Of a stretch of DNA of 64,000 nucleotides, positions 10,676 through 23,626 are shown in pieces; the first letter of the stretch is position 1; the number at the start of each line of letters is the position of its first letter. The notes beneath the pieces were generated by a model that worked only from the letters and a program-made list of their open reading frames with translations, did no database searches and was not told the DNA's origin. The stretch comes from Toensbergia leucococca (lineage: Eukaryota). A program made the translations under genes and the position numbers. The DNA lies in NCBI GenBank assembly GCA_022813965.1, contig JALDZS010000126.1:1-64000 (forward strand), given 5' to 3'.

Positions 10676-11820
10676 CTACATCTCTTCGCATCCTTTAGGT
10701 TGCTTTGCCCGTTCCACCAAGATTATCTCCGCCCTTTTAGCGTCAATGCCGTGTTTCTTCCTCATATGTTGTTTCAATTCCGGCTTGTGCATGTAACCCT
10801 TAGGGCAGTCCACCTCTGGACAATACCATTCTGGTTTGCATGGGCGAAGAACAAATTGCTTTGTGAACCGAGTGCTGCCGAAACGTTGACCTTGAGTCAC
10901 TGGCGTTACCCAGTGTACCAAGACTGCAGACCGGGAGAAGACAAGATCGCCAGCCTCTTGCTTAAGACTGACTGCCAAGTCTGGGAAAACAGCAAGACCA
11001 CCCTCGAATTGACCCCAGCAATTAGTGGCAACCCAGCCATGTTTGACATCATTTTCATCCTTGTGTGGGCCAACAGAATAGTTGATCAGGAGTGCCTGGC
11101 TTGTGAAGCAGCCGTCGTCTCCTTGATCCAAAACATCAAGTTTCCCTTGCTGTCTGAGATCTTGGTAACACGACTTGTACTCTTCCCAGACAGGCTTGTC
11201 TAGGGTTTCGAACCACTTGCTGACGATCATGTGCTCTCACGCGGTCTTCTCGAAGTACTCGGCGACTTGAAGCTTCTCAGTCTTTGAATTTGGGTATATC
11301 TCACTCGACACCTGTGGCGGCTTGTACGGGCTACCTTTCTGGTGCTAGTAGGCAAAATGCTTTCGAATGTTAGTCCTATAGATGAAGAATAGAGAACGCC
11401 TCTTACATAAATGCCCCATTTTAAAGACATGCTAGCCCATCTTGCCTTCTCTTCGACAGCTGGTTCCTTATTTCTTGGGTCCTTTGTAGTTGGATCGTAG
11501 ACTTCGATGAGCTCTAGAATAGCCCTCAAAGATCGTCTAGCAATAAACTCCTCGACATGCAGATCCCTAGTCTCAAGCATGCCTCTTTTGATGAAGTACA
11601 GCATTGGCACGTTATCCGATGTGACCACCTGTAAGCTCTGGTGGATCACATCGAATTCATGAGCTTCCTCTTCAAAGGCCTCGAGTGGTTTCTTATCCAA
11701 GTTGACACGTGTAATCCTCCTGTCGAAGAAAAGTGACGAATGGGAGGTAATGACTTTCCTTTGAAAATGAGGCAATTGGAAAAGTTGTCGATCTGAGCTG
11801 CCGGTTCCTTGACTAGCCAT
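10676..11820 (-). pseudogene. TET/JBP-family 2OG-Fe(II) dioxygenase with C-terminal C2H2 zinc finger; two in-frame stops
   Basis: Exon 11820-11407, intron 11406-11360 (GTAAGA..ACTAAC..AAG), exon 11359-10676. Motifs GIYHFAY*HQKG, HKD (HxD), FEGGLAVFPDL, GDLVF, distal H (VLVHWV), R (GQRFG), then CPEVDC..HMRKKH. Stops are TAG 11345-11347 and TGA 11237-11239. Confidence 0.8.
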
Positions 11821-13892
11821 GGCAGTTGAGGCGTTAGAGGTGGATGTTGAAGGACCTGTAGAAGGGAAACTAAAGAGTTGGTGGAACGTAGGCGTGAAGG
11901 ATATTTATGTGGTACCAGAATAAAAAAGTCGTTAGGTGTGATGTAGGTAGGGAACGACGTAAACACGTTAATCCTCATAAATGAGCACGATCGAGTCTAA
12001 AGCAAAGCACCAAGTCGGGGTGTTGCACGAAGCCAGATCTCTTACCCACGGAGATATGGGGATCAATGTTCATCAATTATACGGTTTAGTATATTCAAAG
12101 CCATCGCTTTCCAGGACCTTGGCAATTTGTATGTATACTGACTCCTCCACTAGCTGACAGTATCAGCGACGTTCTGAAGACTTGGAAGCCTTGCGACCGC
12201 CCTTGGAGCGCACGAATTTATCAGGAATTAGATCCCATCAGAAACAAACTCGTTCGCCATGGCCATGGAATACTTGGTACGTTGATTAGAGTTTCAACTC
12301 GTCCTACGAGCATCTCCTTGTTGAAGTCCTTCTTGCATCTCCGTGCTACTTCAAGGAGTAATATATATAAGAAACGAAAACGAGTGGAGGTATATTTTCA
12401 GACAGGAAGATGAAATATCAATTAGCAATTCTTTCTCGAGGTTTCAATTTCAAGGTTTTATATCTTGTAGTTTTTGATACTCGATACAGACAGCTTCCTT
12501 GAGGGGAATCGGCGGGGGCTGCCATGACATATATTGCTATTAATTGCTGTCAATCATACCGGAGTATTTCTGGTGTCCCTTCAATCTACGTGCTGCGGCA
12601 TAAGTGCTAGAGCTGGCCATCCTAGATTTGTTCCAACTTGGATTGGCTAAAGACCTAGAGTTGGCAGCTCCAGGTTGACCGGAGTGTGCCTCGATCTCCC
12701 TGCATCACTATGTCTGGGCATCGGGCGTGAAACTCTCTCACTGAAAGGTCGATTCTTCCCTTGAATGAAAGCTCAAAAACACTGGAGGCTGAGAAACTCT
12801 TAGCTCCAGCTCTTTTACATGCGGCGGGCCTCCCGAGTCATCGTCATTGATGAATTGAGATTGAACTTGTTCTATTCCCGCAGCCTAGGCTTGAGGTGGA
12901 AGCCCAGATCTTCATCCCAAGCCAGCAATCTTGTGATTGAACTGTTTTTGTATATTTATATAATGATCTGGATTGCTGCTGAATTTGCCAGACGGGGGTT
13001 TGTTGCCCTGCGGACTTTGATGCTTAAATGCGATAGATCCTTGAACAATTTGGGTTCTTTCAAATAGACAACAAGACCAACTCTTTATTGTTATTTTGGA
13101 TCTTGGGTAGAGAAAATATTTTTCATATCTGGACCTTCCGATAAATCCATCATTTTTTCGGCTTCACGTCCCCTTTGCCTGGAAAGAGTTTGTGCAACGA
13201 ATAGAGTAAGGTCTTCTCCAGGCACAGGGTGGAGTGTACTAGTGCTGAGAAACACTGATAATATTTATAAAGACAATGGAATTTGTATATTATAACGATT
13301 TCATGCTGGTATTCATAGAGTGAGGGCTCTCTTATAATCTCTTGTCTTCACCCAAATGGGTGCTTGCTTTTACCGGATACAAACTATGAGAAAAGGACAC
13401 GCGCAAGTCACTCAGAAGGCCCACAAAAGCAGGAAATCGCGTTTGCTTGAAGGGACGAGAAAACAGCATGAAGATTGATGATCACATTGACGGTAGAGAG
13501 GGAGTCTCCGGTTTCCCATTCATGAACGTCAGCCATGTGCTCCTGAAGCTTTCCTGTATGGTCAAGAGATGTCGAATGAATGCCAGACACAACGGCGTAG
13601 CTAGAAGAGCAACTGGCCTGAGCCTGAAAAGGCAGATCGATCGAACACCAGAACAGGATTTTTGCTTTGTCATGTCGACAGAGTTGATTACGAGAACGAA
13701 ACGAGTCTATTCATTCTTTACGTATTATTCAGAGACCAATAATACGATTGGATATGTCCAGTGAGACAGTTGTGAAAGGTCGCTCGGGAAAGAGGAAATT
13801 CGCAGTCATATCATGAGGTTGGGAACGTCTTACGCGGTAGCAAACCTCACTGCCCTCCACAAACGTGTTTCGTGGGCCTTGCACAGGGAGGC

Positions 13893-16255
13893 ATGCGAGC
13901 ATTGTCACGAGCTTCTTCTCCAGCGTTGTCAAATACACGGGCAACTACTTCTGCGCAAAGCCCAGGGCAATCTCTAATACGAATAGACAACGCCACTTTC
14001 TATAGGAATCATCCTTCCACAGCGGCGCGGAATGCCCCTTCCAATCCTCCTATATTTCCAGGCTTGACTTTTTCCCTTCCTGCATTTCCCTCTAGCCCTC
14101 AATGCTGGTCAATCCTTGGGCCTTCTTCGTCGGGCAAGACGACCTTCCTCGACCTATTGAGGGGACAGCATCTCTGCTTTCCCCCTCTTGCCAGGTCCTA
14201 TCCTTATCTATCCTCTGATGAAATTTCCGCAAAGGATCATCGTCTTCGCACACCTACACACGCCATACAGTACGTTGGTTTCAATGGCGAGAGGGGAGGT
14301 ATCGGGGGTCCAGGAACTAGAGGAGCATATTTGAGTGCAAGATTTGAAAGCAGGAGGGAAAAGACAGACTATTCGCTATCGGACTACCTTAAAGGCAACA
14401 CTGATCTCAATCCACTTGAAGACCAGGAGAGCCGAGGTCCTGAGGACGAAACTTTCAATGAAGTCGTAAAGAGTCTTAGGCTTGAAGGTTTGATTGAAAT
14501 GCCAGTCGGGAATCTCAGCAACGGGCAGACTAGACGGGCAAGAATTGCAAGAGCTCTACTAAGCAAACCTGAACTCCTTCTTTTGGACGAGCCTTTCAGT
14601 ACGTTGTCCAATTTGGTATCTCTTATCTACAAAATGCTAATGAATACTTGTCAGTGGGTCTAGATCCACCAACTCTTATTACATTATTACCAATATTGCA
14701 TGGCCTCGCAAAGGCTAATTCACCACGGCTTATACTTGCCCTCCGTCCTCAGGATCCTCTTCCAGAATGGATCACTCACTTGATCTATCTAGGTTCAGGT
14801 ATGCGTGTTGCTCATCAAGGGCTAAAAGAAGCTGTCTTAGACAAAGTAAAACACCAGCATCGCAATACACTCCAAAGAAGCCATCGAAATAATCACCAAC
14901 TCCCAAATGAATCGCCACATGAGATCAAATTAAATGCTATTTCAACAGGCACGCAGGATGATGTAGTGTCAGAGGAGACACTAAAATTTAGAACACCTGA
15001 GAATATGAAACATGACTCCCGACCCCGAGATCTTGAATCTGAATCTGTATTTGAATCTCAAAGCCAAACGATATTGACGGTAAAAATCGCAAGATTCGAC
15101 GAGGCATCGGAAAAGCACGACAGGCCTGAGGGTGCCAAAAAGCCGTCCATAGTTTTGGAACCACCGAGAAGAGTGCAATTATTCAGTCGTGAGGGTCTTC
15201 CGCTAATTGAGGAAAACTTTTTGAAAACTGGAGAGCCAGTAGTAGAAATGGAAGGTGTTCATGTCAAGTATGGCGAGAAATATATCCTAGGTAATTGGAA
15301 AAAAGTCATAGATGGCCTATCAGTAGATGGGCTGTGGTGGAATGTGAGAAAGGGCGAAAGATGGGGCATCTTTGGACCAAATGGTCAGTCTCATTGTTCT
15401 GCAGCATCTGTCTTTTACCTCCAATACTTATTCATGCCAGGATCGGGAAAGACTACTATATTGTCATTGATTTCCTCCGATCATCCACAAACCTATTCTT
15501 TGCCTATCAAGCTATTCGGACGTAGTCGTTTACCTCAAAAGGGTCAGCCTGGGATATCCATCTTCGATCTCCAGGCTCGCATTGGTCATTCCTCTCCAGA
15601 AATCCATGCATTTTTCCCTCGCAGACTCACACTACGTCAGACTGTTGAGAATGCTTGGGCAGATACTTTCCTTAGTACACCTCTACTTAACAGCTTTCGG
15701 AATGGTCTTGTAGAGTCATGTCTTCGGTGGTTCGAATCTGAGCTTTGCCCTTCTTCTAAAGCTACCGCTAAAGGAGACGAGAGATTTATGGGCGTACCTA
15801 ATACTGACCTTGACTGGTCAAATCAACTGCGATTTGGCGATGTCCCTTTCTCATCACAAAGAGTGGCACTACTACTTCGAGCTATTGTCAAGAAGCCGGA
15901 TCTGTTAATTCTCGACGAGGCTTTTAGTGGTATGGATGATAGCATCCGAGATAAGTGTATGTTATTCTTGACATGGGGAGAGGCTCGATCTTTTGATTAT
16001 GTCACCGATAATAGCAACGATAATAAACCGAGGAAGAAAATCTGCGAAAGAAAGCCCAACCAGGTCTTCGTTGGTGGCTTGACGAATGAACAGGCCCTGA
16101 TTTGCGTTAGCCATGTCAAGGAAGAGGTCCCTGGGTTAGTAAGAAAGTGGATGTGCTTACCAGAGGCGAATGAAGGGACAGCTGCTAGATTTGGGCATTT
16201 AGACGGGCCTCTTGAAGGTGATCCGCACGGCTGGAATAGGATCTGGGGTGTGTAG
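13893..16255 (+). CDS. Soluble ABC ATPase with two nucleotide-binding domains (ModF / yeast YDR061W-like)
   Basis: Walker A GPSSSGKTT and GPNGSGKTT, signature LSNGQ, Walker B LLLLDEP and LLILDEA. Introns 14599-14654 and 15384-15440. No transmembrane domain. Confidence 0.9.
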
Positions 16256-16695
16256 TGAAATGATAGCTACTTGGCGAGATTGAGCCTGAAGAAGGGCTTG
16301 CACGAGCTTATGCAAAAATACCATGTTTCCACACCTTTGAGACTTCACATGACCACATTGGATATTCTTACAGTGAGAGTTTCCAGCCTATAACCGATCG
16401 TAAGCAACAAATAAACACGTCGTTGCCTTTTTATACGTAGATATGCTACTTTTCTCGACCTTGAGAGTTGAAAGGCGGTATCCGTACTCGGTAATTTTAG
16501 TCCTTAAAAAAAGGGGCTCATTACGGCAGCCTACTCATTTGTGGAGCGCAATTACACGTCTCGTCATTAATCTCACCGAATCACTACTTTCATGTGACGA
16601 CAACAACATCACAATTATCAAATCGCGCCACTGCCTCGACTGACCCAAGCTGGCTCAGTCCTACTGAATTCCTCCACCAAATATCCGGCCTTTAT

Positions 16696-19600
16696 ATGCA
16701 ATCAGAGCCTACTGAAGCACCCCAAAATACTCAACATACCGAATTCACTCAAGATACTCAAGATCACAATAGCAACCATGGACTCCACAATCATGAACGG
16801 GCCCTGCATACTCCTAAGTCTGGAAGAGCGCATGGCGAGATTTTTCGCCCATCCTGCGACACTCCGACAACACCATCTCGCCCTGCGAGCACCACTGGCG
16901 AGGTGGAACCCACCTTACGACGATTGAGTGAGGATCTGCCGCCAAAGACTCGGTCACCTGGTGAGAGCATAACAGAATATGAAAAAGCGTCGAGCTTTTT
17001 TCCGAAGAGAAAACATGATGGGCCTGAGTTTAAAGTGACTGTAAAAAGTAGAAAGGCTAGTGTCATGACTGCAATAACCGAGTTTCCAAATGGTATGCAT
17101 AAGCATTTGTCGAAGCTGGAAAGATGTATTAATGTGTACAGAGGTCCTTACGCATATACTATCTCATCTCCCACCTTCGTCGTTATCAGCCGTCTCATTG
17201 GTGTCGCATCGTTTCCATAGCTTGGTAACAACGCCGCATGCTTGGAGGATAGCGTTCGCGCGATTCTTCCCTGGGCCAGAATCACTGGCTAGCTGGGAGA
17301 ATAGCTCTAGCGCTTCGGATGATGGTTCGGACATTGTACGATCGGAGAGACGCGTTTTTACTCGAGTGACAGCTCTTGCCTCATGGCGAAGCGAATATAT
17401 TCTTCGCACGCGACTACTCCGATCTCTAGCACGAGGAAAACCCGCGGAGTACCACGGGCTAGGGGTTTCTGGATCCTCACGGTCTGGTGCTAGCCACGGT
17501 GGTAACGCACAGGTTACTTATAATTCGAATCTAGTCACTACCGTCACTCACTTGGAAGCTACGTTCGGTACTGGTCTGAATAAAAGATTTCCCCGTTTCA
17601 TCCATGGTGCGGATGAAGTTGGCTCGGCTTGCTCTAGCGACCCCAAGAACGGCAAGGTGGACAACTGGGGCTTCTCCGACCCTCAGTCTTTCTTGCAATT
17701 TGCAGACCGATTCCCCGGTGACTCTGAATATGGTCTTGGCGCAGGAGAAGTCGTAGGTGTGCCCAATACTATGGACGTGAGCCAATCCTACGGCATGGTC
17801 TATGCAGAAGGGTTTCCAGGCGGGTTGGTCTACTACAGATCTGTAGAAGAGCAGCGAGGCCGTTTCTTGGCCTTATCAATGGCGCTTTCGCTGCCAGAGC
17901 TTGGAATACCCAAACTGGAATTCGCTGCAGAAACAGTGTGCTCGGTTTGGATTGCGAAAACGCCAAGCATCCCTACTATATCTGAAGGCGTGATAGGTCT
18001 ATTATCAGGCTCGTCATGTGGAGTTGTCACTGCTTATTCTCTGGGTACGACCAGCCTCTTTGAGAGGCGGATTGAGCGGGGTGAGATAACTGCTCGATGG
18101 ACACTGAGCCCAGGAGTCCCGATCATTGCTATTGCGGTGGATGAAATGTTCTCTCTGAAGCGTCATGCGCTCCATCGCATTTGGGCTGTCGTACTTAACG
18201 CTCTGGGCGAAGTTTTCTATTTGACTAAGCTCCCTACCCGTCCTGTCATTAATCGATCTATAAAACTCAACGAGAATGATCTAGAAAAACTTGCATGGGA
18301 GACTGGACGTGAGGTACACTGGACTTTGATAGAGCAAACGAGACGTATCGCTAGGCCTGACCCGTTTGATAGATCGGGCATCGACGGGAGCTATTCCCCT
18401 AGATCATCATGGAACGGTATGGGGCTCAGCAAAGAACAGATTACTGCCGAATCAAGGGAGATCGAGAACTTTATCGCTCAAAAGCCTAAGCACTTCCGTA
18501 AAGTCTGCGATGGTTGGGATATGCGAAGGAAGTTAGAAGTGGACTTTGCAGGTGGCGATGATCATGGGGCCAGGGAGTGTATACTAATCGTGTCTTGCGG
18601 CCTCGAAGCAGGACAGGCTACTGATATCAGAAGATTTACACGTTGCACTTCTCAGCAATCTCACGAACACTTGCGCAGCGTAGATGAAGCTGGAGTCCTT
18701 CTTGATGGTACCGAAGACGCCAACAAAGCCTCCATCTCCGGCGACACCACAGCCATAGTTGAGGAGCCGACTTGGTCTTTCAACAACGCTTCAACAAAGC
18801 GACGTATCTCCGCAGTTCAGGCAAACATTCCATTAACCTTAGGCGAGGTCGAAGAATGGCGAGTATCACAATTGTCGCTCGATGGACTTAAATCTACTCA
18901 GATCACTACAATTGCTCTCGATATGTCGACTTTCGCAATACTCACGAAATACGAGGATCCCCTTCTGAGCATGTCTGGGTCATCAGCAACTTCCTCTCCA
19001 ACCTCGTCTCCCTTGGGCCAAATGCCCCGTCCCAGCTCGCCATCTGACGTGCCTGGTCAATGTGCCAGATTCTTTGCTGTAGGTACTAAGTCTGGCGCAT
19101 TGATTGTTTGGAACATACGAGCTTCCATATCCGGCAGTATTGATGTTGACAACATCATCAATCCCATCCGCATGATCCATACTGACTCGCCCCAAATTGC
19201 GTGCCTGGCACTCTCGTCTCTGTATCTCGTCCACGGAGGCAATGATGGTCTAGTACAAGCATGGGATCTCCTAGCGTCTTCTATTCAACCCATCCGCACG
19301 CTGAACTCTCGTTTCTCATCCCGCGCTCGCCGTAGACTTGTCCAGGCCGAAGCCTCACCTCAAGGTGTTGGAATCAATCTTTTCGCCGCTGGCGCCATCT
19401 GTTTAGACCCTGATCCCACCGTCCTTCGCGGTATGGTTTCGCTCGGTACTCATCTTCGCTACTGGAGCTATAGTTCCTCAGCCGCAGATCAGTACAAAAC
19501 CAGCAAACGGCGTTTGAGGCGCTCAGAGCGTGGAAGCAATCACGGTGGAGATCGCTTCTCGAATACCGGTCGAGGTGCTTTGAAAGAATACATCGCAAAC

Positions 19601-20134
19601 GAGAGGCTGGAGCTCGAAAAGGACAAGGAGAACAGACGGAAAGAAGAAGAAAGATTGGCCGGGCGGTTCGGGCTGGATTTACTAGGGCCGGGGGCTAGCG
19701 AGGATGAGATACTAGCGTATGCGACATTGTTGAGTGAGGAAGCGGCGGCGAATGACGAGCAACGAAGGAGGAGCGGCAGTGGAAGCAGCGACGACGATGC
19801 GAGCACCGAAACTATCACGAAAGAGGCGCATGATCCAACGCCACCGTTTTCAAAGCACGAGGACGAGGTCGATCCAGACATAGCCGAGGCGATCAGATTG
19901 AGCTTGCAAGAGGTCGCCGAGCCCGCTTTGGACCTCGGTGGTGCGAGGGATGTTGCTGTCAAGTATGTCAAGAGCCGGAGAGTACCTTCTAAATCGCCAC
20001 CGAGGGGCGCATTTGAGGGCCCTGAGGCGGATGACCTGCAATTTGCGTTGCGGCTGAGTTTGGCGGAGGAGAGTCGAGGGGAGGGTGGTGGATCAAGTAA
20101 GAGGAATGGAAAGGGGAAGGGGCGAGCTTCTTAA
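16696..20134 (+). CDS. F-box/WD40-like protein with C-terminal UIM motifs (S. pombe Pof10-like)
   Basis: Intron 17093-17141 joins FPN-EVLTHILSHL (F-box). WD-like HGGNDGLVQAWD. UIM-like DPDIAEAIRLSLQE and DDLQFALRLSLAEE. Start codon uncertain. Confidence 0.85.
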
Positions 20135-20343
20135 CAGGGGATAGTGCTAGATTGCTTGTTTCTTCGTTTTAGTGCCTCGAACTTCGCGGATGTGTTGTTC
20201 AAGAGATCGGCGGAGAAGATGTTTTAATGTTTGTGTCTTGGATTTGCTTGTTATGTTCTGCTTTCCTAAATCCTTTTTGTAATGTTGAAAAATACAACTT
20301 CGGTATTTGCGAGGAACTCCACCTACTCATGCTTCCAACCTCA

Positions 20344-21272
20344 TCATTTGTTCGCGTCCTGTACCGTTCCATCCTCCGCTGTCCTCACAACCACGCTCCC
20401 ATCCTCCATTCCAAAATACGCCGCGACCGGCTTCTGCCCTCCCATCGCCTTCCCCGCCTCCCTCGCCTGATACCCATTCATTCCGACGAACAACCCGACA
20501 CTCAACACGCCCTCAATCATCTTAATCTCCTTGGCCAGCGTCTCGGCCTCCCAAACGCCATCCTCGCCCTTGCCGTCCATACCCCGATGTGTATGATGCA
20601 GCGACTGCGCTTTGGCAACGTCGCGGGGTAGGACCATGGGTGGGAAGGGGGCGTCGATGATGAAGTTGTCTTGGTCGGTTTTGATGGGGCCGGCTTTGCT
20701 CATGTGGCCTTCGCGGACAAAGGGTGATTTGGAACCGAGGTCTTGAAGGGCGCTGAGGACGACGCGGGCTGCGAGGGGCTCGACTTCAATGGGAACGGTA
20801 GGCCAGTGGGAGAGGAGGCGAGGTTGAAGTTTGCGGTGGTCTGAAGGTTAGACTGATGTTGAGAGTTGATGGAGGAGGGCTAAGGGAAAGGAATACCGGC
20901 TACGCAGATGAACTTCCGGGCGTGGGTAGCCACAAGTTTCTCCTGGTAAAGACAAGCGCCCCCGCCCTTGATGCAATTCAGATCCTCATCTATCTCGTCC
21001 GCGCCGTCAAAAGCCACATCTAGCAGCACGCCCGCGGGCAGGGAATCGAAAGCTATGGGCGTGAGTCCTGCACGAATGATGACTTGGCGGGATTGGTAGC
21101 CTGTGGGGACGAAGCGGATGTTCGTGGTGGAGACATTGAGAGCTTGAATGGCTTCGACGACGTAGACGATTGTGGTGCCAGAGCCGATGCCGATGTATTG
21201 GGCTTGGGGGTCGAAGTGGTCTTTTACGGCGCGGATAGCAGCATTGCGTTTGGCAGTTTCGATATCAGCCAT
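20344..21272 (-). CDS. RKI1: Ribose-5-phosphate isomerase A
   Basis: [40 protein letters not shown]. Intron 20896-20841. An in-frame upstream ATG lies at 21467. Confidence 0.95.
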
Positions 21273-21817
21273 TGGGGTTTGCGGGGTGGTGTGGACCGGT
21301 TCTCTGTTCGAGATAATGGGGTAATGTGCTTGATGGGTTGCTAGGACGGAGCTATATGTGCATCTAGGGGGCTTCTGATCAACTTGAAGTCTTGTGCCCC
21401 GGATGAGGATACTGGGTAGGTACCTGAATTGCCTCTGTAGAATTGTAGCAAGCTTGTACGATCTCATGGAGGGGATCAGAGCAAAGGATGCATTGGCAAG
21501 CACTTGACAATGGGCTCACGAGGGGTGATTCGGGTCCAGAAACATGCTCCCGGGCAATGCCGCCGCGTGAAAGATGAGGGAGGAGACTCGGGGATTGCAC
21601 TCCGTAGTGGGGTAAGCTATGATGGTAGAATACGGAGTCGCGGAGTATTCTAGGGTTGTGGCTTGAACGATTAAGAGTGAATGTTTGCATGTTTGACTCC
21701 ACCGCCACGATTCTACGAGTTGAACATTCGACTCATCTAGTCACCGTAAATTACTATCATCATCCACCAGGGCTTTTACTGTTTTACAATGCTAACAGCT
21801 TCGACCAACCCGTGACC

Positions 21818-23626
21818 ATGGCTAATCGGCCGACAACACCACCGCTTCTGCAAGGTCCCACAGCCAAGGAAAAAAAGTACGACAGACAACTTCGTCTCTG
21901 GGCTGCCAGTGGTCAGCAGGCACTCGAGGACGCCCATGTGCTGCTGCTAAATTCGAGCCCTGGTGTTGTTGGCATCGAAACGCTCAAAAATTTGATTCTT
22001 CCAGGTGTTGGTAATTTTACCATTGTGGACGAAGAGAAGGTGAGAGAAGAGGACTTGGGCATCAATTTCTTCCTCGCAGAAGAGAGTCTTGGGAAATCAA
22101 GGGCTGATGAGAGCTGCCGCTTTCTTCAAGAACTCAATCCAGAGGTTCAAGGCCATGCTATTCAAGAGGTGAGGAATCCTCAAATTGCGCGATTCATCAT
22201 CATATTTCCCAGACATAGTTAATGTCTTCTTAGTCTCTTGAAGATTTCATAGAACAAACAGATGTCTTGGATAAATATAGTTTGATACTATTGATAGGAC
22301 CGACGCCTTCTGCAGTCCTTGAAAAGGTTTGCAAATATGCCTTGAAACGATCAATCCCTCTTTTCTACATCCATTCAATCGGCTTCTATTCTCAATTCTC
22401 CGTTCAGTTACCCGCTCTATTTCCAATCGTCGACACCCATCCCGATCCAGTCTCCACTCAAGATCTTCGCCTGCTCGATCCTTGGCCAGGATTAGTCGAC
22501 TTTGTGAACCTCAAGACTGAAAATCTCGAGGGTTTGAATGACCACGACCATGGCCATGTCCCATATTTAGTCCTTCTTCTATACTATCTGGGGAAATGGA
22601 AGGCTTCCCATGATGGCAAGCCGCCTGAAAATTACAAGGAGAAGACCCTCTTTCGTGATATGGTGAAAGATGGCGCGCGCAGGCAGAATGCCGAAGGTGG
22701 AGAGGAGAATTTTGACGAAGCAGTAGGTGCAGTGTTGAAAAGCCTTAATCCATTTTCGATATCCAGTGGTCTTCGTGAGGTTCTAGAAGCAGAAGAATGC
22801 AAGTCATTACATCCAAATGTGGGTGACATTCTATCAGATGTAATGTATTCTACTGAGACGGCTTATGCAGTCCAAGAATTTTTGGATCATTGCGCACGCA
22901 ATTGGGGATTTTTATTCTAGCAGCGGTCATCTCCCGCTACCTGGAGGCTTGCCCGACATGAAAGCGCAGTCAGCGGACTACATACAGCTGCAGAACACTT
23001 ACAAAGCAAAAGCTCGAAAAGACCTCACTCAAGTGCTCGAGACTGTTCGATCATCGGAAAAGCAGCTTGGAAGGAAATCTGCTATAGACGAGAAAGAAGT
23101 TGAAGCATTCTGTAAAGGAGCGGCATTTGTCAAATTAGTCAAGGGTCGACCTTTACGGATCGCCGAGGAGCCGAGCCTTGCAGCCTGGTCTGACAGATTC
23201 AAGGATGTGTGCCGGGAAGTGAAGAACGAAGAGTCTCTCATGCCAATATACATATCGTTCTTGGCTTATGATTGGTACTTGATGTATAACCATTTTCCAC
23301 CACGCCCATATGACGAATCCCCTGAAGTGGAAAGCGCATATCGAGCGCAAGTGACTAAGCTGATGACAGGATACTCTGAGCGGTTCCTGGAACTTTTCAG
23401 AAAGGCTCTGGGCGAATCTAACTTGGATAGTACGAAGGAAAGAATACGGAACACAATCGCGGAGCTCGGGCGCGCAGGTGGTGCTGAGCTACACAACATC
23501 TCTGCTTTGACTGGAGGTATGGTGGCTCAAGAGGTAATCAAGGTTATCACGAAGCAGTACATACCTATAGACAATACCTGCATTTTCGACGGTATCACCA
23601 GTAAGACTGCGGTCTTGAATCTTTAA
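21818..23626 (+). CDS. ULA1: NEDD8-activating enzyme E1 regulatory subunit
   Basis: KYDRQLRLWAASGQQALE, ETLKNLILPGVG, HGHVPYLVLL, GGMVAQEVIKVITKQYIP. Introns 22169-22233 and 22819-22870. Confidence 0.95.

Larger units (their letters stand above)
1..13300. mobile_element. Degenerate accessory island of nested transposon relics and pseudogenes
   Basis: No intact conserved gene found. Fragments of Gypsy integrase, Helitron Rep, FunK1 kinase, H3-like and TET/JBP genes all carry stops or frameshifts. Boundaries are approximate and the left end lies outside the window. Confidence 0.75.
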
